Shown here: one piece after another, positions 9,619 to 19,691 of the stretch
How the letters are laid out: each line of letters begins with the position of its first letter
Position numbering within the stretch: the first letter of the stretch is position 1
DNA from: a virus
Taxonomy: Duplodnaviria; Caudoviricetes
Strand: one strand, 5' to 3'
DNA: 64,000 nt
Virus record (IMG/VR): IMGVR_UViG_3300021256_000002
Location: 1-64,000 of that record
Translations under genes and position numbers: made by a program
Notes under the pieces: generated by a model
Told to the model about the DNA's origin: nothing
The model's input: the letters and a program-made list of their open reading frames with translations, nothing else
Database searches by the model: none

Positions 9619-12115
9619 GGGGGAATTGAAGTTGAAGAAATATCAGGGTAACTTAAAAACACTCTTCTCACAAATTCCTGAAGAGGAAATGAGAGATATT
9701 TACACAAGAGCTCTCGCTGTAGCTAGGAATGTTAAGCGAGGGATGGAAGAAAAATTTCCTGATGCTAAATATTATCGTCAGGAAGTGAATCCTGAAGTAA
9801 TCAATATCGGTGATTACAATCAGGCTGGTCAGCGCATCTATGCGGCGAATGTTACATTGATGCGCGCTGTACCAAATATTCTTGATGGGTTGAAACCTGT
9901 TGAGAGAAGAAGTCTTTATGCAATGGCTATTTTAGCCAAGGCTGTAAAGAAGGCTAAGAAGGGATTAAGTATCATCGGTGCGATTATCACGATTCATCCA
10001 CATGGTGATATCTCCCTTCAAGATACCTTAACTGGTATGGCAAAACCTTGGGAATCGTTGTATCCGTTAGTGCATACCGATTCCAATAAGGGTGTTGCAA
10101 ATGGGATGAAGGCAGCAGCTGCTCGATATCTTGACCTCAGAATTAGCGATTATTGTTATGATTGCTTCTTCAAAGAGTGGGATCCTGATATCGTTGAAAT
10201 GAGTCGTTCATACAATCCAGAGTTGATGGAACCTGACTATATCAGTCCAAGATATCCAAATATGCTCGTTCGTTGTGTGAATGGATTCTGCTTTGGAGCG
10301 TTGACTTCCATACCGTCGTTCAATTTGGAAGAAGCTTTCAATGAAACTTGTAAGCTTATCAGAAATCCAGATTATGAACCGTTCATGTATCCAGATTTAC
10401 CTGCTGGATGTTCGATTATTGATGATGGGAAATTCCCTGAAATATATCGTACAGGTAAAGGAACTTTCACTATGAAAGCTGAATGTGAGATTGATAGAGA
10501 AAATAATACAATCCACATCTACTCCTTACCTTATCATACAAGTGTACCTACAGTCATTTCCAGTATCAAGGAATTGATTAAGAAAGGTGAGCTTGCTGGT
10601 ATCAAAGAGCTTTATGACCATACCAACAAATATGGTATCCATATCAAAATGGTATGTTTACCGGATATGAATATCGACGAGATTGTTCGTATTCTGTATA
10701 AGAAAGCTCGGTTGATTGATACTTTCACCGTACAGATGTTGTATGTAGATGATTACGAACTGAGAATGATGAGTCTGAAAGACGTAATGCAATCTTGGAT
10801 TGATAATCGCCGTATTATGAAAGATAAGTTCATCACTCATGATTTGGTTCGGTTGAGAGAGCGTCAGCATATTCTTGATGCGTTGATTGATATCACTTCT
10901 GATATAGAGAAATCGAAGCAGATGATTGAAGACGTCAACAAGAGCAATGAAGACACGATGATTCCGAAGTTGATGAAGCGCTTCAAGAAGTTGACTTCTT
11001 TACAAGCAGCTCAGCTTTTGGATATGAAAGTCAAATCTTTCAATACATCTAGACATCAGAAGTACGTAGATGAGTTCAATGAGAATAAGAAAACTATCAA
11101 ACATTACGAGAAAATGGTTCTTAAACCAGAGTTAATTGATAACGAGATTATCGAAGAACTCCAGGATGCAATTAGGAAGTATGCTCAACCTCGTAAATGT
11201 AAGATAGAGAAGCCTTCAACAATGTCTGATTCCAAGACCATGAATATCGAATACAATATCGTATTCACCAAGAAAGGTCTTGTGAAGAAAATCAATGGAG
11301 ATTCTCAGGAAATCGGTAAGCTTAATGATGGTGATGAACCTCTCAGAGTATGCCGTGTGAAGAACTCTGATAGTATCGTATGCTTTGACCGTAGTGGTCT
11401 GATTCATACAATCAAGGTATCTGATATCAGCCAGACTCAGTTGAAAGATACTGGCGTTCAGATTGGTAAGTATGCAACTATCCGTAGTGATGTTGTGATG
11501 ACGATGCCGATGAGTGAAATCAAGGACAAAGGTCAGTTTGTATTCGTCACTGAAAGAGGGATGATTAAACGGACTAGATGTTCTAAGTACGCATTCAAAT
11601 CGTCTGTTATTGCAATCAATCTGAAAGAGAATGATGGCTTAGCACGTGTTGTGTATTGTGATAAAGATAATTCTGATATTATCGTATTCACTCGTCAGGG
11701 TGTTGGCAACAGATTTAGCTTATCGGAATTCCAAGAAACCAACCGAGCATCATTCGGTGTAATAGGTATTGATGTTGCTAAGGACGATGCTGTAATGGGT
11801 GCAGTTCTTGTAGGTAAGAAAGATACGTCGATTGCAATCCTCACTAATCGTGGGAATGGTAAGATGTGTGATTTGGATACATTTACTACAGGAAAACGTA
11901 GAGGAGTAGCTCTTCGAGTCATTAAAGTAAGTGATAAGGAGAAACTTCTCGATGTTATCCCATGTAATTCTAAGGATAAGTTCTTGGTGGTTATGAAGAA
12001 GGATATTATCGAACTGAAGTTTGAAGATTTCCCGAAGCTTACAAGAAACCACCATGGGAAGAAGATGATTGGTGTACCATTAGGCGATTCTATCATCAGA
12101 TTCCTTAAGAAATAA
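9608..12115 (+). CDS. gyrA: DNA gyrase/type IIA topoisomerase subunit A
   Basis: DGLKPVERR, HPHGD, catalytic AAARY, C-terminal beta-pinwheel repeats (FVTERGMIKR, FTRQGVGNRF). Confidence 0.93.
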   Translation: MIPKGELKLKKYQGNLKTLFSQIPEEEMRDIYTRALAVARNVKRGMEEKFPDAKYYRQEVNPEVINIGDYNQAGQRIYAANVTLMRAVPNILDGLKPVERRSLYAMAILAKAVKKAKKGLSIIGAIITIHPHGDISLQDTLTGMAKPWESLYPLVHTDSNKGVANGMKAAAARYLDLRISDYCYDCFFKEWDPDIVEMSRSYNPELMEPDYISPRYPNMLVRCVNGFCFGALTSIPSFNLEEAFNETCKLIRNPDYEPFMYPDLPAGCSIIDDGKFPEIYRTGKGTFTMKAECEIDRENNTIHIYSLPYHTSVPTVISSIKELIKKGELAGIKELYDHTNKYGIHIKMVCLPDMNIDEIVRILYKKARLIDTFTVQMLYVDDYELRMMSLKDVMQSWIDNRRIMKDKFITHDLVRLRERQHILDALIDITSDIEKSKQMIEDVNKSNEDTMIPKLMKRFKKLTSLQAAQLLDMKVKSFNTSRHQKYVDEFNENKKTIKHYEKMVLKPELIDNEIIEELQDAIRKYAQPRKCKIEKPSTMSDSKTMNIEYNIVFTKKGLVKKINGDSQEIGKLNDGDEPLRVCRVKNSDSIVCFDRSGLIHTIKVSDISQTQLKDTGVQIGKYATIRSDVVMTMPMSEIKDKGQFVFVTERGMIKRTRCSKYAFKSSVIAINLKENDGLARVVYCDKDNSDIIVFTRQGVGNRFSLSEFQETNRASFGVIGIDVAKDDAVMGAVLVGKKDTSIAILTNRGNGKMCDLDTFTTGKRRGVALRVIKVSDKEKLLDVIPCNSKDKFLVVMKKDIIELKFEDFPKLTRNHHGKKMIGVPLGDSIIRFLKK

Positions 12116-12214
12116 AATGTTAGGGGAAGAGTCGTTAAAACTCTTCCCTTAATGATAATTTTTAAAACCGAAATATAAATATATATTATATATCGGTTAA
12201 GGAGGTGAAATGAA

Positions 12215-12418
12215 ATGAATGTTTTAACAACCCGAGGTAAAATTGTAGTTGGCGGATTATTTCTTCTCTTACTGGTTTCAACAGCATTCTCTTCATTAGC
12301 AGCAACTCTTCTGCTGCATAGAAATCATGAATTAGAAGAACGTAATCTTGAGCTGGTTCAGAAATGCCAAATGCAACAAGAACAAATCGTTCAGTTACAG
12401 AACGGAGGTGTCGAATGA
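12215..12418 (+). CDS. Small membrane-anchored coiled-coil protein
   Basis: RBS AGGAGG, N-terminal hydrophobic helix. Confidence 0.7.
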   Translation: MNVLTTRGKIVVGGLFLLLLVSTAFSSLAATLLLHRNHELEERNLELVQKCQMQQEQIVQLQNGGVE

Positions 12419-12960
12419 GCGATTACTACAAAATTGGAGTAGCTGCTCCAAGAGGTAAGAAAAAGCTCACGCATAGCAAATATGTGAAATGCGTGAATTC
12501 AGCCGTGAATAGACTTGTCAAAGAGATTATCGAGTGCAAGTCATCTAAGGTTGAGGTTATTACGTCTTTACGTCCTGGATTGACCATGGACATTACCAAA
12601 GGTATTTTGTATGCCTTTGAGCACAACGAAGAAGTCGGGAAGAAAACTGTGGCATTGACTACGTATGTACCCGACATGGCTGGTTTGAAATACTCTGAAA
12701 GTATTGAAATCGGTTATAACATGAATTCTAAGCAATTGGAAGAATACACATTAATGGAAGATATATCCGATGCTCAGGTATTCGATTCACATCAGTATCC
12801 AGACCCCGAGATAATTATTATCGACAGCGTGGATATGCTGATAATGGTAAACAATGTACCTGATAAGAGGGTACTAGATTGGCGTAGATATATCGAAGGT
12901 CGATATAAGAATGAACCACCGTTTAAGTTCATCAAGTTGAATAAAGGGGTGAAATCATGA
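12415..12960 (+). CDS. Hypothetical protein
   Basis: ATG 12415 with GGAGGTG RBS, overlaps previous stop. Confidence 0.65.
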   Translation: MSDYYKIGVAAPRGKKKLTHSKYVKCVNSAVNRLVKEIIECKSSKVEVITSLRPGLTMDITKGILYAFEHNEEVGKKTVALTTYVPDMAGLKYSESIEIGYNMNSKQLEEYTLMEDISDAQVFDSHQYPDPEIIIIDSVDMLIMVNNVPDKRVLDWRRYIEGRYKNEPPFKFIKLNKGVKS

Positions 12961-13139
12961 TGAATCAAATGAAGAGTGGTAATTGGATGAATGTCCTTCG
13001 ATTGATGGGATTGACCAATAAAGTTAAATTCATTTGTGATATCGAGGGCTCCGGTATCGAAAATTATCTCGAGAAGCATAAGAAATCAAATGAAAAATGC
13101 CAATTGAATGAAAGCTGCTCGAGTAATAGGGGTGCGTAA
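12957..13139 (+). CDS. Small hypothetical protein
   Basis: ATGA-coupled; N-terminus resembles next ORF (NWM/VxxxRLMGxT). Confidence 0.5.
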   Translation: MMNQMKSGNWMNVLRLMGLTNKVKFICDIEGSGIENYLEKHKKSNEKCQLNESCSSNRGA

Positions 13140-13141
13140 TC

Positions 13142-13528
13142 ATGAAAAAAGGAATGAATAATGTTAATTGGGTGAGGGCTACTCGACTAATGGGAGTAAC
13201 CAAAAAGGAATTTGAACGTATCAGAGAATACGTTTATGATGTCGAGGAGTACGTCACCGTAAATTATTTCGAGAAAGACGATTCCATTGAAAAAGATTAT
13301 CTCGATCTTTATGAGTCACTTATTGATTCTCAGTTGATTTTGTTGACTTATGAATTACTGGCAAAGAAAATGAAATCAGCTGAAGATATTGATAAGCGCA
13401 GTAAGAAATTATGGGATTTGGTTTGTGAACAGGCAAAGCATTACACATTCCAAGGTATGCATGACGGCTATCACGTGTATAAGCGTGATGATAAAATAGT
13501 TAGACCTTGTAAAGTAAAGGAGAGTTAA
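13142..13528 (+). CDS. Hypothetical protein
   Basis: 128 aa ORF in operon. Confidence 0.65.
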   Translation: MKKGMNNVNWVRATRLMGVTKKEFERIREYVYDVEEYVTVNYFEKDDSIEKDYLDLYESLIDSQLILLTYELLAKKMKSAEDIDKRSKKLWDLVCEQAKHYTFQGMHDGYHVYKRDDKIVRPCKVKES

Positions 13529-13529
13529 A

Positions 13530-14594
13530 ATGAGAGAATTTGCGGTAATCAAAAACATGGATGAAGTAAACAAAGGCAGAGTTGATATGACTTTCTTACC
13601 GTATCGTAAGTTTAAGACGGCTGAAGGTCTTGCGGTTACTATCGAGATTGCAAGTTGCGGGCATAGCGGTTCGATGATGTTATTCACCACATTGGATGGC
13701 GATGGCGATGTAGTAAATACGTCCTTCCAGTTCGTACCGGGTATGTTCCCGATGGTGGACAAGCAGAGTGGATTGGCATATCTTTATGACGAAACCACTT
13801 ATGATGCCAAAGGAATGTATAAGCTGCTCGAAGAGGGTGCTATTGAATACCCTGAAGTGCCGGAAGCTTCTGAGGAAGAAGAAAAAGAATCCGATGTTGA
13901 TTTGAAACAGGAATTCGAAACTTCCGATCAGAATGTTCATAGAATGTTCGACGGTACTGGAGTTGACCCAGACGCTGACGACGATGAGGATGAGGATAAC
14001 GAGCCGGCTGGGCATGCTCCTGATGAGCTTGAAGAAGACGATGATGAAGAGGATGATAACGAAAACATCATTCGTCCAAATCGTCTTGACAGTATCAACA
14101 TCGAAGATGAAGTTAAACAAGGGGCAAATGACCTTTCGTATGATGATCTCAATGAATTGGATGGTGACGGCGCTGAAGAAGAACGTATCCGCTCGATGGA
14201 TGAAATCCGTGAACTGGTTGAACGTAAGAAAAATAGCAAACGTCAAAACACCAGCTATATTGGGGTGAAGGATTCTGCTCTTCCAACTGAAGATGGTCCA
14301 ATGCAACCTCAAAACTTCGACCAGCGCATGGCTGAAGCAGCAAGTCGGTCCTCTACATCTGAACTTCTGGACGATATTCGTCGTGTAGAGGAACAGCGGA
14401 AGAAAGACCTTGCTGAGAGCCAGGAAATGAAAGCTCATTATGAGAACAATCGTAAGTCAAAGTATGAACGTAAGCAGAACTTCAAGCAAAATAATAAGCA
14501 GAATAATCATCGTAACAACAGTCGTCGGGAAGAAAGAAAAGACAAACTCGACATGAACAACCTCGATGCAATCATCGGCGATATGTTCAAATAA
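13530..14594 (+). CDS. Hypothetical protein with long acidic disordered region
   Basis: 354 aa ORF, RBS AAGGAG. Confidence 0.75.
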   Translation: MREFAVIKNMDEVNKGRVDMTFLPYRKFKTAEGLAVTIEIASCGHSGSMMLFTTLDGDGDVVNTSFQFVPGMFPMVDKQSGLAYLYDETTYDAKGMYKLLEEGAIEYPEVPEASEEEEKESDVDLKQEFETSDQNVHRMFDGTGVDPDADDDEDEDNEPAGHAPDELEEDDDEEDDNENIIRPNRLDSINIEDEVKQGANDLSYDDLNELDGDGAEEERIRSMDEIRELVERKKNSKRQNTSYIGVKDSALPTEDGPMQPQNFDQRMAEAASRSSTSELLDDIRRVEEQRKKDLAESQEMKAHYENNRKSKYERKQNFKQNNKQNNHRNNSRREERKDKLDMNNLDAIIGDMFK

Positions 14595-14608
14595 CATTTA
14601 GTGCTAGA

Positions 14609-14620
14609 GACAAAGCGGTA
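14609..14620 (+). promoter_or_regulatory. Putative late promoter RACA-N6-TA (representative copy)
   Basis: Same spacing at 7215, 16761, 34663, 48494 (+) and 16706, 31642, 41116, 43412, 47970 (-); matches AR9 late consensus AACA-N6-TA. Confidence 0.55.
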
Positions 14621-14649
14621 ACCAACCTTATAGAAAGGGGCGAACCGCT

Positions 14650-15387
14650 TTGTCTATTAAGCACTCTACACGAGTTAAGATGGAAAAGTATATTTATGAT
14701 GTATTCGATCGTTTAGATCCTTCGCATACAAATACAGACTTTTACCGTTCTTTCTTTTCTAAAATGACGGATAAAGAGTTTGATTCTTTTTTTAAGAAAT
14801 TCTTTGAAGATAAAAACGCTTTCTTGACTTGGCACATCACTCCGTATGAAAACGATATGGAAATCGAAAATATTGAAAAGGCTGCCAAGTTTATGAATGT
14901 TGCTCTATGGGATTATGTTGTATGGCCATATGGTATCGGAGAAGATAACAAACCTATTGTTACTCCATACAAAGTACCTATTGGGTATATCAATGAGAAG
15001 CGAGTGCAGCAAACTGCAATCAAGAAAAACAAAACTTCTATTGATACCTCTATGCGTGATGCAAAGACCAATCAGGTAGTATCTCGAGACAAGAACGGTC
15101 GTGAGTCTATTGATGAAAACTACGCTCTTGCTACATATGGTGCATATGCAACGATGAAGGAATTCATGTCTTTCCGAGCAGATGATTCTGTTATGAAAGA
15201 AGCTGCATATAGCGCTATTCGTAATAACGGATACGTGTCTATGGAAGACTTACCCGACCATATCGAAAACAAAGCTGCATTGAATATGCTCGATGCGTAT
15301 ATGATTTCCATGGGACTCAAAACTGACTTGGTTACTGATGGATATCTTACCCTCAAGAGTCTCAAAAAAGAAAAAGAATATGATTAA
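14650..15387 (+). CDS. Split RNA polymerase beta subunit, C-terminal fragment (virion-RNAP type)
   Basis: IGYINEKRVQQ...RDAKTNQVVSRDKNGRESIDENYAL...KEFMSFRADD parallels the RpoB C-terminal region; complements 34707-39059. Confidence 0.7.
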   Translation: MSIKHSTRVKMEKYIYDVFDRLDPSHTNTDFYRSFFSKMTDKEFDSFFKKFFEDKNAFLTWHITPYENDMEIENIEKAAKFMNVALWDYVVWPYGIGEDNKPIVTPYKVPIGYINEKRVQQTAIKKNKTSIDTSMRDAKTNQVVSRDKNGRESIDENYALATYGAYATMKEFMSFRADDSVMKEAAYSAIRNNGYVSMEDLPDHIENKAALNMLDAYMISMGLKTDLVTDGYLTLKSLKKEKEYD

Positions 15388-15446
15388 TTTTTCTTCGGAT
15401 AATAGAAAAGGAAAACCGGATGTAGAGTCCGGTTTTCCCTTCTTGT

Positions 15447-15950
15447 TTAGTCTTCCCAAGCAACGTGAAGGTACGAACCGCTATGATCAGCGGAGTATCC
15501 TTCACGATGAAGGGCATCAATAATTGCTTGTATATTCGCGTGAAGGATTGATAACGAATATACATCACACTTAAAGTGCCCATATTGAGCAGCCTTTTCA
15601 ATCTGCTCATTAACAAGTTCAACGGTCTCGTCGAAGTTTTTCTCTAGAGCGCTACGAGTAAGTTCTCTAAAGTGGCGCGCAGAATTGTCTTTGTCTGGAA
15701 CTGTAGTTGGGTGTTCCCAGTCAAGAGTAATCCTGCGCACGTCCTCTGTTGCCACGAATCCTCGTAAAGCAAAGTGATGAAGGACTGACTTCATCAGTCC
15801 ATTCGAGACAACGACGGTAGTGGTATAAGAACCAGCTTCCGACGATTTTTTGATATCTGCTACAATATCCTTTATCTTTGTCTCGAGAGCACTTTCCATT
15901 GAGAGATCGACGGCAATGTGACGAGCGAGTAATGTAGCCATAGTAATCAA
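15447..15950 (-). CDS. Hypothetical protein, duplicated domain, paralogue of 39527-40090 and 43034-43384
   Basis: RGFVA..ITLDWEHPT / REGYSA...VAWED repeats; RBS AGGAGG. Confidence 0.75.
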   Translation of the reverse strand: MITMATLLARHIAVDLSMESALETKIKDIVADIKKSSEAGSYTTTVVVSNGLMKSVLHHFALRGFVATEDVRRITLDWEHPTTVPDKDNSARHFRELTRSALEKNFDETVELVNEQIEKAAQYGHFKCDVYSLSILHANIQAIIDALHREGYSADHSGSYLHVAWED

Positions 15951-16129
15951 CCTCCTTGTTACTATCTGAGCGATTCACAACTCACCTCGGTTGTGACTTT
16001 CTCATTGGCTATCAATATAATATATATTTATATATAATCAATTTTAGGTTTTTATTTTGGAGCATAGAAAAAAGAATACTCGGAACATAGAAAAGAGAAA
16101 CTGGATGTTGAGTCCAGCTTCTCTTCATG

Positions 16130-16330
16130 TCACTTCACCTCGACGATGCGGTAAACGAAGTTGCCGTTCACCGACATGTCATCGCCGACATAAGTTGTCG
16201 AGAAACTATCAACGTTAACTTTCACGACATTGTCGTGGAAGAATTTGTGTGCTTCTTCATAAGAAGCAAACTCATTGAATACCCGACGATATTCGTGATT
16301 GGTGACGTTGAGCTGCATAATCTTGAACAT
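16130..16330 (-). CDS. Small hypothetical early protein
   Basis: RBS AGGAGG, upstream TATATTAT motif. Confidence 0.65.
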   Translation of the reverse strand: MFKIMQLNVTNHEYRRVFNEFASYEEAHKFFHDNVVKVNVDSFSTTYVGDDMSVNGNFVYRIVEVK

Positions 16331-16513
16331 GGCAAATTACCTCCTAAGGTAATTCTCCCTGTACGTATTGAGGGAGGAATCCAATAAGCCATATGGCGGA
16401 TGAAGCTGGATTCTTATTCTTCATCTACCAATATAATATATATTTATTTAGAACAACTTTTAGGAATTAGAAAAAGTAGAATAGCACTTGCTATTCTACT
16501 TATAATTTTTACA

Positions 16514-16600
16514 TGGTGGATAGGGATGGATTCGAACCACCGTGACCCGAAGGTGTCAGATTTACAGTCTGATGCCATTGTCCAACTCGGCCACCTATCC
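16514..16600 (-). tRNA. tRNA-Tyr (GTA), CCA encoded
   Basis: GGATAGG acceptor stem, anticodon arm TCAGA-CTGTAAA-TCTGA, long variable arm, GGTTCGAATCC, 3' ACCA. Confidence 0.95.
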
Positions 16601-16797
16601 ATAGGAAGTGGGTCCTCCAAAACGAAGGGAAGAGGACCCTGTTTTCAGGGAAGAGTGGGGGCGTTGATCCCACTCTAGAAAAATATAGGTTGATGACTTT
16701 GCCTATATTTATATGTTGGTGATATATTTTTATATACTCTTTAGGAAGTTAAGAGATATCGACAAAAAGCTAAAAGACCATAAGGAGGACTCACATC

Positions 16798-16974
16798 ATG
16801 GATAACAAACCTCAAACGACTCTTGGTGTGGTTACCGAAATTGGTACGTTCGGTAATTTGAATATGCAAGACCCAACTGTACAGCCGATTCAGAATCTGA
16901 TGGAGCGTACAACCGACCCGTATCTGAAGCAGTATCTTGCTGAACAGATGCAGCCTAAGAATTCAAGTCGGTAA
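16798..16974 (+). CDS. Small protein (58 aa) not in ORF track
   Basis: RBS AAGGAGG, upstream GACA-N6-TA; MDNKPQTTLGVVTEIG... Confidence 0.6.
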   Translation: MDNKPQTTLGVVTEIGTFGNLNMQDPTVQPIQNLMERTTDPYLKQYLAEQMQPKNSSR

Positions 16975-17032
16975 GGGTTTCTCGACAAATACTCAAGTAC
17001 CTAAAATACAAATAGAAAGGTAGGTTTGCATA

Positions 17033-18229
17033 ATGGCAAATTCGTTTATTACAGTTAAAAATAACACGGGTGCTGAAGCATTCGTTAAAGTTACAGCCGA
17101 AGGTGCTACGGTAATTATCCCGAACTCCGCAGCTGTTTCTTTGGATGCAGATGCTCTCCAGAGTATTGCTGATACTCGTAAAGGCTTTGAGTATGCTGAA
17201 CTGCGTAAGAACATGAGCCTGAAAAAAGTTGGTGCTGGCAAAGTCAGTGTACTGAATGAGGATAAGACTACTCTTCAGGTCATCGATTTGATTCTGAATA
17301 CGTCTACGGATAACCCGTTGATATCTGTACGTAAAATCAATACCGGAACTGGTATGGTAGACAAAGTTGAACTCAACGCTCAGCTTTCTAGCGTTCTGCT
17401 GAATCAGATGAATAGGGTAGGAATTGTGTCCGATTATCCGACAATCAAGAACATCCTGTACGTTGAAAATCTGCCGAATGAAACGGCTGCTGACAGCAAG
17501 AGCGTATATGCTTGGAAGAAGGAATACTACAAGCTGAACGCTGATGAGGATGGCTATACCAAGCTGACAGGTAAGTTCAAGGAAGTTCCTGAACTGTACG
17601 AGTTCACTTCCACTGCAAAGGAAAATGTACTGTACAATCTCACGACTCGCTTTGTTTCCAAATGGAATGAAGTATTCGAGCGTGGTATCTACACGTATCG
17701 TGCATCTGACAACAAAGCTATTCTGACTGAACTGTCCATTCAGACGGTCAAGAAACTCCCGGCTTTGGACGCAGCAAAAGAAAACGTCATCTATGTTCTG
17801 TCCAAGGATGATACCGCTGTTGAAGGCGCTACCAAAGGCACTGCTTGGAAGCTTGAAACCGATAAATGGGTTAAGGAAACCCGTGAAATCGTAACTACCA
17901 CGACTGTTCCGTTTGGCCCGCTGGCTGAAAAAGATACCTACTACATCGTAAGCGGTGGTGTTGTGAAACAGGCTGGTAAATCTGCCTACACGACCATCGG
18001 TACTCTCGTCAGCGTTCGTAGTGATGCTGAACTCCCGAGTGTAGAAAAGGTTGTTCTTGAACAGGATGTTGTATACGTTCTGACTAAGGATAGCGGGAAG
18101 AAAAAAGCTGGCTCCAAGTGGATGTTCGACTTCGAACTCAAAGAATTCGTTGAATACGAATCTCTCTTGGAAGTTACTACTGGACCCGGTGGCGGTCAGT
18201 CGGTAACACCTGAACCGACAAACCCGTAA
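17033..18229 (+). CDS. Probable virion structural protein with internal repeats
   Basis: Repeated LP...ENV(L/I)Y(V/N)L units; highly biased codon usage. Confidence 0.6.
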   Translation: MANSFITVKNNTGAEAFVKVTAEGATVIIPNSAAVSLDADALQSIADTRKGFEYAELRKNMSLKKVGAGKVSVLNEDKTTLQVIDLILNTSTDNPLISVRKINTGTGMVDKVELNAQLSSVLLNQMNRVGIVSDYPTIKNILYVENLPNETAADSKSVYAWKKEYYKLNADEDGYTKLTGKFKEVPELYEFTSTAKENVLYNLTTRFVSKWNEVFERGIYTYRASDNKAILTELSIQTVKKLPALDAAKENVIYVLSKDDTAVEGATKGTAWKLETDKWVKETREIVTTTTVPFGPLAEKDTYYIVSGGVVKQAGKSAYTTIGTLVSVRSDAELPSVEKVVLEQDVVYVLTKDSGKKKAGSKWMFDFELKEFVEYESLLEVTTGPGGGQSVTPEPTNP

Positions 18230-18404
18230 AAAATACCAAATGGTAAGAGAACTGGATATATAATTTATCCAGTTCTCTTTTATTCCATTCAAAAACATCC
18301 AAATTTTGAAAAATCACAGAATGGAAAATTTTTCAATGAAAAAGTATCTCTCCACTTGAAATTCAAAAATTTTCAATTCTGAAAAATCTTGATGTCTGAA
18401 GCCC

Positions 18405-19634
18405 TCAAGATTCCATATCATCCACGTTGATTGACACCAGTTTCGTTGAAGCATCGTGGAATGCCTTCATAAATTTATTCAATAGATTACTACCTATCGA
18501 TGATGTGGTCAATCCAACATTTTGTATTCCTAAATTGTAGAAACCTTCTCCAGCGCATTTATTACAAATGGTTTCTCCTCCTAAGCAATAAAGAGGGGAT
18601 CTCATCTTAACCGTTTTACCCATGTATTTTTCCATGTTCTTTTCAGTAAGTTCTATGAGAGTCTTTCCTTCTACGATATACCTATTTTTAAGTTTGGTTG
18701 CATTTTTCTTTGTGATTTTGACAGTTCTAAACTTCTTAGTATGACAATCCGAACCGTGCTTATCTAACTTCACACCTTGGTATACGGTAAATAACTTTTT
18801 GGTAATGTAACCGGCGACAGATGTCATACAACACTTCGTATATGAACCGGTTATGACTGAAGTACCCATAGCAGCAATGTCTTCTTTATGAATACCTTCG
18901 CTGAAGCATCCTTCTACGATATTGAATTTTTCTTGTGCTGGATTCCATATTGGACCACGAGTAACAAAACAATTCTTGTAGTTGTTACCAAAAGACGGTT
19001 TACACTTAGAATCGTATATTACCATACCAACATCATTCTTAAGAGTTTCTTTAGCCTTATCAAGTAAAGCCTTTTCAATCTTTACTGCTTCTACAGTATT
19101 ACCATTAGCGATGTCATCACGATATTTGTTATAGAGTTCCTTACGTAACTTACGTACTTCAGGAAGTTCTTTTACTGTATTAGGACTAAACGATGGTGCT
19201 ACATTGGTATTACATGTAAAGCCTAACCATTGGATAGAATTAAAATACTTAGCCCAATCTTCAGGTTCAATCTTTTTCTCCATAGACGCGTTCGAGAGAA
19301 GAGCTTCATTGTCAAGAACAACATCTTTGTCAAATGGTTTCGCAACATACCCAACCACTCTCTGGAGACGAGCAGACCTACCATACAAACACAGATTTAC
19401 GATGTACTGACCTACATTTGTACGTACTCGTTCTGGATTGAGAGGTTTACCTTCTCTATCTTTGTATTCACCTTTCTCAAGATAGAATTCTGTCTGGAAA
19501 TCAATTTCAGGAGGAATTCGTTTATGAGTCTTGGTATCATATGTATAGCTGAATCTCGTATCAATGAGATTCTTTGTGATATCTTCACATTTCAACGAAA
19601 GACAAAATGCTTTCGCTTCAGCTGAATTCATCAT
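18405..19634 (-). CDS. Split RNA polymerase beta-prime subunit, C-terminal part
   Basis: TSVAGYITKKL, DCHT, MRSPLYC...ICNKCAG Zn site, FMKAFH trigger-loop equivalent. Confidence 0.85.
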   Translation of the reverse strand: MMNSAEAKAFCLSLKCEDITKNLIDTRFSYTYDTKTHKRIPPEIDFQTEFYLEKGEYKDREGKPLNPERVRTNVGQYIVNLCLYGRSARLQRVVGYVAKPFDKDVVLDNEALLSNASMEKKIEPEDWAKYFNSIQWLGFTCNTNVAPSFSPNTVKELPEVRKLRKELYNKYRDDIANGNTVEAVKIEKALLDKAKETLKNDVGMVIYDSKCKPSFGNNYKNCFVTRGPIWNPAQEKFNIVEGCFSEGIHKEDIAAMGTSVITGSYTKCCMTSVAGYITKKLFTVYQGVKLDKHGSDCHTKKFRTVKITKKNATKLKNRYIVEGKTLIELTEKNMEKYMGKTVKMRSPLYCLGGETICNKCAGEGFYNLGIQNVGLTTSSIGSNLLNKFMKAFHDASTKLVSINVDDMES

Positions 19635-19691
19635 AATGAGTCACTCCTTATATTAGTAAGGAAGCATAGCACTGGCTATGCTTCCTGTATA

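Noticed and set aside
13680-14438. 252-aa hydrophobic antisense ORF
   Set aside because: Mirror of the acidic low-complexity region in 13530-14594
16955-18298. 447-aa antisense ORF
   Set aside because: Shadow of the biased-codon gene 17033-18229; no RBS or protein-like features
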